A DNA stretch of 50,549 nt. It comes from Chloroflexota bacterium. Its GTDB lineage: Bacteria; Chloroflexota; UBA11872; VXNJ01. Within the stretch, counting starts at the first letter, position 1. Each line of letters starts with the position of its first letter. The DNA is taken from the NCBI GenBank assembly GCA_963577415.1, contig CAUYYU010000001.1:1-50549 (forward strand), in the 5' to 3' direction. Below are positions 9,529-20,259 of this stretch, one piece after another. The notes beneath the pieces are model-generated. The model was not told the origin of the DNA. It made no database searches and saw nothing but the letters and a program-made list of their open reading frames with translations. The position numbers were made by a program, and so were the translations under genes.

Positions 9529-10991
9529 GGATGGCGACCGAGACCGGCATCACCTACAGGACGGTGATCGGGCTGGAGGTTCATGTCCAGCTCAACACCG
9601 CCAGCAAGATGTTCTGCGGCTGCTCGTCGGCATACGCCGAGGCCCGGGCTAACTCGCACGTGTGCCCGGTCTGCCTGGGGATGCCCGGGGTGCTGCCGGT
9701 GATCAATAAGAGGGCCGTCGAGAAGACGATCCTGACCGGGCTCGCGCTCGGCTCCACCAGCCCCGAGTTCGCCAAATTCGACCGCAAGAACTACGCCTAC
9801 CCGGACCTCATGAAGTGGTACCAGATATCGCAATACGACATGCCCCTGTGCGTGGGTGGTTCCCTGGACGTGGACGCCGGCGAGGGGATGAAACGGATAG
9901 GCATCACCCGCGTTCACTTGGAGGAGGACACGGCCAAGATGATCCATGCCACTGGGGAGGCCGGCGATGAGGTGAGCCTGATTGACGTGAATCGCTCGGG
10001 TACGCCGCTGATGGAAATCGTCGGCAAGCCGGACATCGAAACCCCGGGGGAGGCCCGCGCCTACCTGGTGGCGCTGCGCAACATCCTAGTGTATTTGGAC
10101 GTCTCCGAGGCCAGCATGCAACACGGGCAGTTCCGCTGCGACGCCAACATCTCCGTCTGGCCCGAAGGGACCGAGAGGGGCGACGTGAAGGTGGAGATCA
10201 AGAACATGAACTCCTTCCGGGCGGTGCAGCGGGCGCTGGAGTTCGAGGAGGTGCGGCTGCGGGAGCACTGGGACCGGCACGGAGAGATGCCGGTGCAGGA
10301 GACCCGCGGCTGGGTCGAGGCGTCGGGTCAAACGGTGTCGCAGCGGAGCAAGGAATATTCTCACGACTATCGCTATTTTTCCGAGCCGGACCTGCCGCCG
10401 CTGGCGATCTCAAGGGACTGGGTGGAGGAGATTCGCGCCGGCATGCCCGCGCTGCCCGACCAGGTCCGCGCCCGGCTGGTGGACGTGATCGGCCTCAAGT
10501 CCGACAACGCCGATCAGCTCATCAACGACCGCGCCCTGCTGCTCTATTTTGAGAAGGCGGCGGAGCGGTACGAAGACCGGCAGCGGCTGGCGAATCGCAT
10601 CCTGAACGACCTGGTCCGCAACCTGAACGACGCCGGGAAGTCGGTGGCCGAGTCGCCGGTCTCGCCGGCGGGGCTGGTGGAGCTGCTGGAACTTGAGGAC
10701 GGCGGCAAAGTGAGCGGCAAGATGGGGGCTGCCATCTTCAAGCAGATGTTCACCACGGGCAGAGGGGCGGCGGAGATAGCGGCCGAGACCGGCGAGCAGA
10801 TTTCCGACGAGGACGAGCTGCTGGAGATCGTGCGCACGGCGATCCTGGAAAACCCGGCGGCCGTGGAGGACTTCCGCGCCGGCAAGAAGCAGGCGGCCGG
10901 CTTTCTGGTGGGGCAGGTGATGAAGGCCACTCGGGGCCGGGCCAACCCGGGCGCCGTCAACGAAATTCTGCGGCGGAAACTCAGCGACTGA
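9525..10991 (+). CDS. gatB: Asp/Glu-tRNA amidotransferase subunit B
   Basis: [18 protein letters not shown] and a C-terminal GatB/YqeY domain. GTG 9525 overlaps the gatA stop (GTGA). ATG 9531 is an alternative start. Confidence 0.95.
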   Translation: MRMATETGITYRTVIGLEVHVQLNTASKMFCGCSSAYAEARANSHVCPVCLGMPGVLPVINKRAVEKTILTGLALGSTSPEFAKFDRKNYAYPDLMKWYQISQYDMPLCVGGSLDVDAGEGMKRIGITRVHLEEDTAKMIHATGEAGDEVSLIDVNRSGTPLMEIVGKPDIETPGEARAYLVALRNILVYLDVSEASMQHGQFRCDANISVWPEGTERGDVKVEIKNMNSFRAVQRALEFEEVRLREHWDRHGEMPVQETRGWVEASGQTVSQRSKEYSHDYRYFSEPDLPPLAISRDWVEEIRAGMPALPDQVRARLVDVIGLKSDNADQLINDRALLLYFEKAAERYEDRQRLANRILNDLVRNLNDAGKSVAESPVSPAGLVELLELEDGGKVSGKMGAAIFKQMFTTGRGAAEIAAETGEQISDEDELLEIVRTAILENPAAVEDFRAGKKQAAGFLVGQVMKATRGRANPGAVNEILRRKLSD

Positions 10992-11144
10992 CCCTGGCGC
11001 GGACGCCGGTCGATCGGCGGGAGCCACCACATCCGCCGTGGTCCGGCACTCCTTAGCGGGAGCCTTTGCAGTGGTGATAATATGGGGGCCCTTCCCGGCC
11101 GACCATGCGCACTCCAGGGGTTCGAGCGGCGGGAGTGAGCGCCT

Positions 11145-11498
11145 TTGAAGGGGCATCCGGAAATGGAACAGAAAGCTTCACGGAGCGTCTATCGCAGCCG
11201 CCAGGTTATTCGGCGGGTCGCGCTGGAGATCGTCGCTAAGCTAAAGGACGACTGGCCGGGGACCGCCGTGACCGTCGATCTCGACGGGGTGGACGGCGAG
11301 GACGCCTACCTCTGGATCAACCCGGTCGATCACGGAATCCGGGACCAGGTGGAGCTGACCGCGATGGAGTTGGTGAACTCGCTCGGCGAGCGCAAGGGCC
11401 TCTGGATAGTTCCCCGAGTGCTCAATCAGGCCGAGGATAAAGGCGAGTCTTCTCACCGGTTGAGGCTGGTGCGTTCGGAGGAACAACCGTTCAGCTAG
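11145..11498 (+). CDS. hypothetical protein
   Basis: 117 aa with coding-like composition. TTG start is preceded by GGGAG. ATG 11163 is an alternative start. No family recognised. Confidence 0.5.
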   Translation: MKGHPEMEQKASRSVYRSRQVIRRVALEIVAKLKDDWPGTAVTVDLDGVDGEDAYLWINPVDHGIRDQVELTAMELVNSLGERKGLWIVPRVLNQAEDKGESSHRLRLVRSEEQPFS

Positions 11499-11633
11499 GG
11501 TAACTGGCCCACCGATTCCGGCGACTCCTGAAACGCCCTGCAGCGTGACTGACCGGCGGCTCCCCACCGCCCCGCCCCGCGACGATCCCCGCAAGCTGCC
11601 GTTCGTCAGGCGGATTGCGCTCCCAACGTCCTC

Positions 11634-11906
11634 TTAATCGTGAGACAGCCGGTTGTCGACGATCGGTCGCACCCAGATCGGCGATGACCACGCCAGCCCC
11701 GTGTCCCACATCGTCACCCGCAGGTAGTAGTAGTCCTCGCCGGGTGTCCGAATCCGGTCCTCCTAGGTCAGGGTGTGCGTTCCCCCGGCGGCCGTTTGCG
11801 AGACAACGCTTTCGCCGTTGCGGCCGGCTTGGCTTTTGGTTGTTCCTCCGGCTCCGGTTTTGCCGGCGGTCGAGGCGGGCTCAAGCGCGCTGTCTCCTCT
11901 GGGCAT
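11634..11906 (-). pseudogene. decayed 3' fragment of a larger gene (C-terminus resembles the DUF3604/metallohydrolase-type tail ...YYYLRV..AWSSPIWV)
   Basis: The minus frame reads MPRGDSALEPAST...GGTHTLT-TAG-EDRIRTPGEDYYYLRVTMWDTGLAWSSPIWVRPIVDNRLSHD-TAA. It has an in-frame TAG at 11763-11765 and no room for the rest of the gene, because the MFS gene ends at 11919. Confidence 0.3.
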
Positions 11907-11918
11907 CCGAGGGGCCCA

Positions 11919-13286
11919 CTATTCGATCCGCCTGATTTTAGGCTGCGCGAGCAGCGTAAGCATCAACAGCACCGCCGCGATCCCTCCGGCGACTCCAACC
12001 ACCAACGGTACGCCGACCCTCTCCGCCATCAATCCCATCGGGAAGGCGCCGAATGGAGTGACGCCCCACAGGACGATTTGCAGGGAGCCGATCCGCCCCC
12101 GGTATCGGTCGTCGGCGATGAATTGCATGAGGCCGGTAACTGTCAGCATGGCGATGCCGTTGCCGACTCCGCCGATAATCAGGATGACGCTCGACAGGGC
12201 GAGCGAGGGCGAGAGCGACAGCGCGATCAGGGATGCCGCCATCAGGAAGCTGCCGAAGAACAGCAGATAGCCCTTGCGGCGAGTGTTTCCCATGGCCGCG
12301 GTGAGCAGCGATCCCGCCAGACCTCCGGCTCCGGCGGAGCCCATCAGAATGGCCAGCCCGGCCGGACCCGAGCCGTAAACGTCCTTGGCGAATACCGGCA
12401 TGAACTGCATGTAAGGGAGCATCAGGGAGGTGAGGATGATGCCGGTGATGAACACCCCACGCAGCTCCGCGTGGCCAAACGCGTAGCGCATGCCGTCCAT
12501 CAGATTCTCCATGAATCCCGTGGCGCCGGTGGGCTCCAGGACGGGACGAACGCGAATCCTGCGCATGTTCTGAGAGGCGATGAACTGCGCGGCGCTCTGC
12601 CCCAGATAACAGGCCCAGGGACCGAGTAGGGCCAGCAGGACGCCGGCGATCTGAGGTCCCACGATGCGGGACGTGTTGATGGCGAACGAATGCAGGGCGA
12701 CGGCGCTCATAATCAGGTGTCTGCCGACCAGAGAGGCGATCAGGGCCTGGCGGGCGGGGATGTTTATTGAGATCACGGCGCCGGAGAGCACGGCCGCCAC
12801 CAGCAGGTGCCACGGCCGCAGCCAGCCGCCGATCAGGAGGACCGCGACGGCCAGCGCTATCGAGCCGGCCACGAGCTGCGCCAGGATTACGACTCGGGTT
12901 CGGTCCAGCCGGTCGGCGAGCACACCCCCGAACGGCGAGAACACCAGCAGAGGCCCCATCCGGGCGATCGATATGAGACTGAGCCAGACCGGGGAGCCGG
13001 TCAGTTCGTATATGAGCCAGAGCTCGACCGTCTGCTGCATCCAGTAGGACAGCGAGGTGGCCAAGTTGCCTTCCCAGACGATCCGATAATCGGGCACTCC
13101 CAGGGCGGGAAACAGCCGCAAAACGGGGCGAGTGAACCAGTTGGTCCCCTGCGGTATCGGCTCCTCGGCCTCGTCTTCGCCGGCGACCGGCCCGTCCGTT
13201 TGGGCTGCCGCTCCCGCCGCGGATAGCGGCTGCGTCTCGTTCGGCTCCCCGGACGAAGAGGCCGGAATCCCCAATGTCTGAACCAA
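11919..13286 (-). CDS. MFS transporter
   Basis: 455-aa ORF with multiple TM segments and an acidic/Ala-rich N-terminal extension. The true start is uncertain (TTG 13286 or an internal TTG before RLFPALGVPDYRIVW). Confidence 0.85.
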   Translation of the reverse strand: MVQTLGIPASSSGEPNETQPLSAAGAAAQTDGPVAGEDEAEEPIPQGTNWFTRPVLRLFPALGVPDYRIVWEGNLATSLSYWMQQTVELWLIYELTGSPVWLSLISIARMGPLLVFSPFGGVLADRLDRTRVVILAQLVAGSIALAVAVLLIGGWLRPWHLLVAAVLSGAVISINIPARQALIASLVGRHLIMSAVALHSFAINTSRIVGPQIAGVLLALLGPWACYLGQSAAQFIASQNMRRIRVRPVLEPTGATGFMENLMDGMRYAFGHAELRGVFITGIILTSLMLPYMQFMPVFAKDVYGSGPAGLAILMGSAGAGGLAGSLLTAAMGNTRRKGYLLFFGSFLMAASLIALSLSPSLALSSVILIIGGVGNGIAMLTVTGLMQFIADDRYRGRIGSLQIVLWGVTPFGAFPMGLMAERVGVPLVVGVAGGIAAVLLMLTLLAQPKIRRIE

Positions 13287-13452
13287 CCCCCCGATTACAC
13301 GACGCCGAGCCCGGCGCCGTCAGGCTTTTTATCGTCTGCCCCGCTGATCCCGGTGTCAAGCTGGGTGGGGCTATTGCGAAGGCAGTTATATTGTTACCCC
13401 GGAATCGTCCGGGCGCAGGCAGTCACAGACCAATATCGCGGAGGCGGACGGT

Positions 13453-13929
13453 ATGCGGGTTGCGGTTGGAACCGACCACGCCGGGTTCGATCTGAAGGAG
13501 ACGGTGCTTGCCGGCATACGCAGCGCCGGGCATCAAGCGCTGGATCTGGGCGCCCACGAATTCGACGCCGACGACGACTATCCCGACTACGCGGAAGCTG
13601 TCGGTCGGGCGGTGCAGGAAGGTCGGGCCGAGCGCGGCATCATGGTGTGCGGCAGCGCGGTGGGCGCGGGTGTCGCCGCGAACAAGCTGCGTGGAATTCG
13701 CGCTTCTGCGTGCCATGACTCATACTCGGCGCACCAGGGGGTAGAACATGACGCCATGAATGTGCTCTGCCTGGGCGGACGAATCATAGGTTCCGCGCTG
13801 GCGACCGAAATCGTGGCCGCCTTCCTCTCGGCCGAGTTCGCCGGTGAAGAAAGATTTCAGCGCCGCCTCGACAAAGTGATAGCCCTTGAAGAAGCCCCCG
13901 GCGGCATCGCCGAACCGCGTTCGGACTAA
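13453..13929 (+). CDS. rpiB: ribose-5-phosphate isomerase B
   Basis: MRVAVGTDHAGFDLKE...GIMVCGSAVGAGVAANK..IRA is the canonical RpiB/LacAB pattern. GGAGG lies upstream. Confidence 0.92.
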   Translation: MRVAVGTDHAGFDLKETVLAGIRSAGHQALDLGAHEFDADDDYPDYAEAVGRAVQEGRAERGIMVCGSAVGAGVAANKLRGIRASACHDSYSAHQGVEHDAMNVLCLGGRIIGSALATEIVAAFLSAEFAGEERFQRRLDKVIALEEAPGGIAEPRSD

Positions 13930-13950
13930 CCGAGCCAAGGAGAGAACGAA

Positions 13951-15078
13951 ATGGCCAAATCAGCACTATGGAGCCTGCGCGATCTGGGCCAGTCGCCCTG
14001 GTACGACCAGATAAGCCGGGAGATGATCGATTCCGGGGAGCTGGCGGCCCTGCGCGATCGCGGCATCGCCGGCGTCACCTCCAACCCGTCGATCTTCCAG
14101 GCCGCCGTGGCGGGCTCGTCCGCCTACGACGGCATCATCCTGGAAAACGCCCGCTCCGGGCTCGATTCCGAGGCGATCTACGAGAAGCTCGCCATCCACG
14201 ACATTCAAGATGCCTGCGACATCCTCCGCCCGGTCTATGACGAAGCCAAAGGCGCCGACGGATTCGTCAGTTTTGAGGTCTCCCCGCACCTGGCGCACGA
14301 CACTCAGGGCACGATCGACAACGCCCGCCGTCTCTGGGGGCTGGTGGATCGCCCCAACCTGATGATCAAGGTCCCCGGCACCGAGGCCGGCGTGCCGGCG
14401 ATCAACACCCTTCTCACCGAGGGCCTCAACATCAACGTGACCCTGCTTTTCTCGCTGACCGCTTATGAGGCGGTGGCCCGGACCTTCATCGACGCGCTGG
14501 AGGCGCGTAAAGCAGCCGGCGATGACGTCGGCGCGGTGTCTTCGGTCGCCTCGTTCTTCGTCAGCCGGGTCGAATCGGCCGCCGACGGGCGCATTCAGGC
14601 CCGCATCGATGCCGGCGAGAGCGCGCTCTCGGCCCTGAGCGGCAAGATCGCCGTGGCCAACGCCACCGCCGCGTATGGGAGGTTCCTGGACATCTTCTCC
14701 GGCGAGCGTTGGGACGTCCTGGCCGCCGCCGGAGGCCGCGTGCAGCGTTGCCTCTGGGCCAGCACCAGCACCAAGAATCCCGCCTACAGCGACATCCTCT
14801 ACGTGGAGGAGCTAATCGCTCCGCATACCGTGAACACGATGCCGCCGGCGACCGTCGTCGCCTGGGAGGATCACGGCGAGGCCCGGCTGACGCTGGAAGG
14901 CAACATCGAGAACGCCCGCGCCGATCTGGCCAATCTGAAAGCCGCCGGGATCAGCATGGAAGAGATCACCGACGAACTGCTGGCCGCCGGCGTCAAGGCG
15001 TTCGCCGACTCTTACGATTCCCTCCTGGAGGACGTTTCCGGCAAGGCCTCGGCGTTACTCGAAACGGTCCACGTATAA
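13951..15078 (+). CDS. tal: transaldolase (long form)
   Basis: LGQSPWYDQISR, GVTSNPSIF and MIKVPGT (Schiff-base Lys context). Confidence 0.92.
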   Translation: MAKSALWSLRDLGQSPWYDQISREMIDSGELAALRDRGIAGVTSNPSIFQAAVAGSSAYDGIILENARSGLDSEAIYEKLAIHDIQDACDILRPVYDEAKGADGFVSFEVSPHLAHDTQGTIDNARRLWGLVDRPNLMIKVPGTEAGVPAINTLLTEGLNINVTLLFSLTAYEAVARTFIDALEARKAAGDDVGAVSSVASFFVSRVESAADGRIQARIDAGESALSALSGKIAVANATAAYGRFLDIFSGERWDVLAAAGGRVQRCLWASTSTKNPAYSDILYVEELIAPHTVNTMPPATVVAWEDHGEARLTLEGNIENARADLANLKAAGISMEEITDELLAAGVKAFADSYDSLLEDVSGKASALLETVHV

Positions 15079-15082
15079 CCCG

Positions 15083-16687
15083 TTGACCGCGCCCGACCCG
15101 GCAACGCAGGCGGTTCTTGAGGAGCTGATCCGCGACGATATCGTGGCGCGCATCTGGCGCCACGATCCCTCCGTGTGGCGGGACGACAAGGCTGATCAAG
15201 GCGAAATAACGAACCGTCTGGGCTGGCTGACCGCGCCCGGCGACATGCGTTCCGAAATCGGGGCGCTGGAAGACCTGGGAAAAGAACTGAAGGCGGATGG
15301 AATCCGCCACGCCGTCCTGCTGGGGATGGGCGGCAGCAGCCTCTGTCCGGAGGTTCTGCGCGCCGCCTTCGGCAGCAGCTCCGGCTTCCCCGAATTGAGG
15401 GTGCTGGATTCCACCGTGCCCGAGGCCATCGCCGCGGTCGAAGCGGCCATCGACCCGGCCAGGACGATATTCGTGGTCTCCAGCAAGTCCGGCACCACGA
15501 CCGAGGTGCACTCGTTCTATCAGCACTTCCGGTCGCTGATGGAAAAGAGCGTCGGAGCGACCGCCGGCCGTCATTTCGTCGCGGTCACCGATCCCGGCTC
15601 GCTGTTGGAAGGCATCGCCCGCGAGCAGGGCTTTCGGACGTTCTTCCACGCCGACGCCAACGTGGGTGGGCGCTATTCCGCCTACACCTATTTCGGCATC
15701 GTCCCGGCGGCCATCATCGGCCTGGATCTGGACAAGCTCCTGTCGCGCGGCGAGGCCGCCGCGGCCCTCAGCGGCGCCGCCGTGCCGGCGGGTGAGAACG
15801 CCGGCGCCCGGTTGGGCGCGGAGCTTGGCGCGAATTACCGGGCCGGCCGCGACAAGCTGACCTTCATCACCTCACCGCGACTGGCCAGCTTCGGGCTCTG
15901 GGCCGAGCAACTGCTCGCCGAGAGCACCGGCAAGAACGGGCGCGGCATCCTGCCCATCGCCGGCGAACCCGCCGCCGCGCCCGAAAGCTACGGCGACGAC
16001 CGCGTGTTCGCGTACCTGCGGCTGAAGGGCGACGACAACGTGGCCGCCGACGCCCACGTCGAGCGCCTCAAGCAGGCCGGCCACTTAGTCATGGACCGTC
16101 CCCTGGCGGACATCTACGATCTCGGCTCCGAGTTCTATTACTGGGAATTCGCCACCGCGATCGTCGGCGCGATTCTGGATGTCCACCCGTTCGATCAGCC
16201 CAACGTGCAGGAGAGCAAAGACGCCACCAACCGCGTCCTGGACGCTTACAAAGAGAATGGGGCGCTGCCGGCCGCCGAGCCGGGATCGTTTGAGGAACTG
16301 CTCGCCGACACTCCCTCCGGCGGCTACCTGGCGATCATGGCTTACATCCACCAGACCGACGCCACCGATGCCGCGCTGGAATCGCTGCGGCGCCTCATCC
16401 TGGAAAAACGCAATATTCCGACAACGCTCGGTTACGGCCCGCGCTTCCTGCACTCCACCGGGCAATTGCACAAGGGCGGAAAGCCAAACGGCGCTTTCCT
16501 GCAGCTCGTCCAGCCGGAAGCTGACGCCATCCCGATCCCGGGACAGCCTTTCGGCTTTGACGTACTGGTGGCGGCGCAGTCGCTGGGCGACATGGACTCG
16601 CTGCAAAGTCGCGGCCGCCCGGTGGCGCGGATCGAACTTGGCGCCGACCCGGCCGCCGACATCAAACGCCTGGAAAAATTCGTCTGA
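15083..16687 (+). CDS. pgi: glucose-6-phosphate isomerase
   Basis: Motifs LGWL, LLGMGGSSL, VVSSKSGTTTE and GGRYS. TTG start lies 4 nt after the tal stop. Confidence 0.9.
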   Translation: MTAPDPATQAVLEELIRDDIVARIWRHDPSVWRDDKADQGEITNRLGWLTAPGDMRSEIGALEDLGKELKADGIRHAVLLGMGGSSLCPEVLRAAFGSSSGFPELRVLDSTVPEAIAAVEAAIDPARTIFVVSSKSGTTTEVHSFYQHFRSLMEKSVGATAGRHFVAVTDPGSLLEGIAREQGFRTFFHADANVGGRYSAYTYFGIVPAAIIGLDLDKLLSRGEAAAALSGAAVPAGENAGARLGAELGANYRAGRDKLTFITSPRLASFGLWAEQLLAESTGKNGRGILPIAGEPAAAPESYGDDRVFAYLRLKGDDNVAADAHVERLKQAGHLVMDRPLADIYDLGSEFYYWEFATAIVGAILDVHPFDQPNVQESKDATNRVLDAYKENGALPAAEPGSFEELLADTPSGGYLAIMAYIHQTDATDAALESLRRLILEKRNIPTTLGYGPRFLHSTGQLHKGGKPNGAFLQLVQPEADAIPIPGQPFGFDVLVAAQSLGDMDSLQSRGRPVARIELGADPAADIKRLEKFV

Positions 16688-16737
16688 GGTCCCGCCCGGG
16701 CTCGTCCGGGCTTATCGATAAAACAGGGAGGATCGCC

Positions 16738-17649
16738 GTGGAACTGGGAATGATCGGGCTCGGGCGGATGGGCGCCAACATGGCCGAGCGCCTGGAGCGC
16801 GGCGGGCACAGCGTGGTCGGCTATTCGCTGGACGAGGCCGAGGTCGCGGCGGTGGTGGAGACCGGTGTCACGGGCGCTTCCTCGCTGGAAGAGCTGGTCG
16901 GCAAACTGACCGCCCCGCGGGCCGTCTGGTGCATGGTTCCCTCCGGCTCCGTCACCGAGGGCGTGATCGATTCCCTGATCCCGCTGCTCGAAGCCGGCGA
17001 CACCATCATCGAGGGCGGCAACTCCAACTACAAAGACAGCATGCGACGGGCGGAAAAAGTCGCCGAGCACGGCCTGCACTATCTCGACGCCGGCACCAGC
17101 GGCGGGGTGTGGGGGCTGCAGAACGGCTACAGCCTGATGGTCGGCGGAGACCCGGAAGTCTTCGCCCGCTGGGAGCCCATCTTCCAGACGCTGGCGCCCG
17201 GCCCGGACAAGGGCTACGGCCTGGTGGGGCCGTCCGGCGCGGGGCATTTCACGAAGATGGTCCACAACGGGATCGAATACGGAATGATGCAGTCGCTGGG
17301 CGAGGGCTTCGAGCTCATGGCCAAGAAGGAAGTGCTGGACCTCGACCTGCACCAGATCGCCAGAGTCTGGCAGCACGGAAGCGTGATCGTCTCCTGGCTG
17401 CTCGATCTGGCGGTGCTCGCCCTCGAGGAAGACCCCCGGCTGGAGAAATTGGAAGCCTACGTCGAAGATTCCGGCGAGGGCCGCTGGACGGTGCAAGAGG
17501 CCATCGAACTGGAGAGCGCGGCCGAGGTGCTCACGCTCTCGTTGCTCCGCCGGTTCCGCTCGCGCGACGCCTCGCCATTTTCGGACCGCATGCTCGCCGC
17601 CCTGCGTAACCAGTTCGGCGGGCACGCCGTCAAGAAGGCCGATTCGTGA
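16738..17649 (+). CDS. gnd: 6-phosphogluconate dehydrogenase, short (about 300 aa) form
   Basis: [12 protein letters not shown] Rossmann N-terminus and [17 protein letters not shown] start. Confidence 0.9.
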   Translation: MELGMIGLGRMGANMAERLERGGHSVVGYSLDEAEVAAVVETGVTGASSLEELVGKLTAPRAVWCMVPSGSVTEGVIDSLIPLLEAGDTIIEGGNSNYKDSMRRAEKVAEHGLHYLDAGTSGGVWGLQNGYSLMVGGDPEVFARWEPIFQTLAPGPDKGYGLVGPSGAGHFTKMVHNGIEYGMMQSLGEGFELMAKKEVLDLDLHQIARVWQHGSVIVSWLLDLAVLALEEDPRLEKLEAYVEDSGEGRWTVQEAIELESAAEVLTLSLLRRFRSRDASPFSDRMLAALRNQFGGHAVKKADS

Positions 17650-19106
17650 GCGAACACCCGACCACTATGGTCATATTCGGAGCGTCGGGCGACCTGACCA
17701 GTCGCAAGCTCATCCCCTCGCTGTTCAGCCTCCACGCTAAGGGCAGGCTCCCCGAAGAACTGAGGATCGTCGGCGCGGCCCGGACAGAGCTGAGCGACGA
17801 CCAGTTTCGCGATCTGCTCTACGAGAAACTGCCGGACACGGTGGATGAGGAGACCCGGTCGCAGATGCGGTCCCGTCTCAGCTACTGCCGGGTAGATGTC
17901 ACCGATCGGCAGAACTTTGACACCCTGCGGCAGCATCTTGAGTCGGTGGAGGAGGGCCGGCCGGCGAACCGGCTTTACTACCTCGCCACCGCGCCGCGCT
18001 TCTTCGAGCCCATCGCCACCAACCTCGGGGCGGCCGGCATGGTGCGCTCGGACGAGGTGTGGACGCGCATCGTCATTGAGAAGCCGTTCGGCCGCGATCT
18101 TGAGTCCGCCATTCAGCTCAGCCAGGCCCTCTACAAGGTGTTCACCGAGGACCAGATTTATCGCATCGACCACTACCTGGGCAAGGACACGGTTCAGAAC
18201 ATTCTGTTTCTGCGTTTCGCCAACGCCATCTTCGAGCCCGTCTGGAACCGCAACTACGTCGAAAGCGTGCAGATCACCGCCGCCGAGAGTGAGGGGATCG
18301 GCTATCGCGGTGGGTACTACGATCGCTCGGGCATCCTCCGCGATATGTTTCAAAATCACCTCCTGCAACTGCTGGCCCTCACGGCGATGGAGCCGCCGGC
18401 CATCTTCGAGGCGGAGGCCCTGCGCAATGAGAAGGTGAAGGTGCTGCGGGCGGTCAGGCCGATCTCGGTCGATGGCGCGGCCGAATGCACCGTCCGCGGC
18501 CAGTACCGGGGTTACCGCGACGAGCAGGACGTGGAGCCGGAGTCACTGACGGCGAGTTACTGTGCGATGCGGTTCTTCATCGACAACTGGCGCTGGTCCG
18601 GGGTGCCCTTTTACCTCCGCAGTGGCAAGGCCCTCTCCGACCGCGTTACCGAAATAGTGGTGCAATTTCGCTCCCTGCCGCACACGATGTTCGGGCCCGA
18701 CGATCCCACCCCCCTGCGCCCCAACGCGCTGGTGCTGCGGGTGCAGCCCGACGAGGGTATCCACCTGCGCTTTGAAACCAAGGTCCCCGATACCGCTCAC
18801 GACACCCGCACCGCCCACATGGATTTTCGCTACGCCGGTGGCGACAGCGGCGGGCCCATCCCCGACGCCTACGAGCGCCTGTTGCTGGACTCCCTGGAAG
18901 GCGACGCCTCGCTGTTCACCCGCCAGGACGAAATCGAGCTTGCCTGGCGTCTCACCGATCCCATCGCGGAGTCCTGGGAAACCAACGACTCGCCCCCGCT
19001 GGCCCACTACGCCCCGGGTACCTGGGGCCCGCACGCCGCGGCTGACTTTCTGGCGGAATCCGGCCACCACTGGGTGACCGGCAAAGAAACAACTCGCTCC
19101 GATTAG
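17646..19106 (+). CDS. zwf: glucose-6-phosphate dehydrogenase
   Basis: [21 protein letters not shown] and EKPFG. The GTG start overlaps the gnd stop (GTGA). Confidence 0.95.
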   Translation: MSEHPTTMVIFGASGDLTSRKLIPSLFSLHAKGRLPEELRIVGAARTELSDDQFRDLLYEKLPDTVDEETRSQMRSRLSYCRVDVTDRQNFDTLRQHLESVEEGRPANRLYYLATAPRFFEPIATNLGAAGMVRSDEVWTRIVIEKPFGRDLESAIQLSQALYKVFTEDQIYRIDHYLGKDTVQNILFLRFANAIFEPVWNRNYVESVQITAAESEGIGYRGGYYDRSGILRDMFQNHLLQLLALTAMEPPAIFEAEALRNEKVKVLRAVRPISVDGAAECTVRGQYRGYRDEQDVEPESLTASYCAMRFFIDNWRWSGVPFYLRSGKALSDRVTEIVVQFRSLPHTMFGPDDPTPLRPNALVLRVQPDEGIHLRFETKVPDTAHDTRTAHMDFRYAGGDSGGPIPDAYERLLLDSLEGDASLFTRQDEIELAWRLTDPIAESWETNDSPPLAHYAPGTWGPHAAADFLAESGHHWVTGKETTRSD

Positions 19107-19292
19107 CGGCCTCGCGTCCGATAGCCGGAAAGTCGTCCCCGTGCCGTGACGGTAAAATCGCGCTCGGCGGCCCGGGCCGGCGGTCGGGGTGAACAGACCC
19201 ATTGGCGCGGCCCACGGGGTTCCGGCTCGCCGTCAAGCTGGAAATTCTGGGCGTACGCCGACGCCCGCCGACCTGACTAGGAGCCGCCGCGC

Positions 19293-20171
19293 ATGGCTGA
19301 TACCCGGGGAGCAGACCTGCACACCCACACCGACGCCTCAGATGGGATGCTGACTCCAACCGAGCTTGTGGAGCTGGCCGCGAAAAGCAACATTCTGGCG
19401 CTGGGCGTCACCGATCACGACACTATGGACGGGATCGACGAAGCGCTTGAGGCCGGCCGTCGGCTGGGCCTCACCGTAATTCCCGGCGTCGAGCTTTCGA
19501 CCGATTGGGTAAGTCCCGTGCAGGGTCAGCAGACGATTCATCTGCTGGCGTACGCGCCCGACCCTGACGCGCCCGTGCTAGCGAAACACATGCACGACAC
19601 CAAGCACGATCGGGAGAATCGCGGTCAGGCGATCGTGAAGAAGCTCAACGAACTTGGCCTGAATATCGAATGGGAGCGCGTCCTGGAGATCGCCGGCGAC
19701 GCCCGCATGGGCCGCCCCCATATCGCCCGCGCCATCATGGAAAAGGGCTACGAGACCAACTGGAACCGAATCTTCGAGCGCTGGCTTGGAAACGACGCCC
19801 CGGCTTACGTGGCCGGGTCCAAACTGAACTCGGTGGATGCCGTGAAAATGGTGGTGGAAGCCGGCGGGGTGCCGGTCGTCGCCCACCCGTATTACGATTT
19901 TCACGACGGCACCCTGGACCTGGAAAACCTGCTGCCACCCATGATCGCCGCCGGTTTGAAGGGGCTGGAAGTGTACTATGGCGGCATCGCCCCGCGAGAT
20001 ACGCTCAAATACGAAGCCATAGCCGCTGAACAAGGGCTGCTGGCTACCGGCGGCAGCGACTTTCACGGCAGCGATATTTCACCCGACATAACCGTCGGCT
20101 GCGCGGTCTGCCCCCGTGCGAACCTGTCGCAACTCTGCGAAATGGCGGGAATCGACCCATCCAACCTGTAA
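19293..20171 (+). CDS. PHP-domain metal-dependent phosphoesterase (TrpH/YciV-like)
   Basis: DLHTHTDASDG and GVTDHDT. AGGAG lies upstream. Confidence 0.85.
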   Translation: MADTRGADLHTHTDASDGMLTPTELVELAAKSNILALGVTDHDTMDGIDEALEAGRRLGLTVIPGVELSTDWVSPVQGQQTIHLLAYAPDPDAPVLAKHMHDTKHDRENRGQAIVKKLNELGLNIEWERVLEIAGDARMGRPHIARAIMEKGYETNWNRIFERWLGNDAPAYVAGSKLNSVDAVKMVVEAGGVPVVAHPYYDFHDGTLDLENLLPPMIAAGLKGLEVYYGGIAPRDTLKYEAIAAEQGLLATGGSDFHGSDISPDITVGCAVCPRANLSQLCEMAGIDPSNL

Positions 20172-20259
20172 TCATATTGTCACCGGACGCGCTTTTCGCG
20201 AGTCCGATCCCGGGAGACTGACATTGGAAACACTCGTAAATCGCCCCACTCTGGACGAT

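Noticed and set aside
10989-11147. gatB and the downstream hypothetical ORF 11145..11498 are in the same frame, separated only by two TGA codons, which hints at a fusion.
   Set aside because: GatB already has its normal length and C-terminal end at the first TGA. The connecting translation has no coding character.
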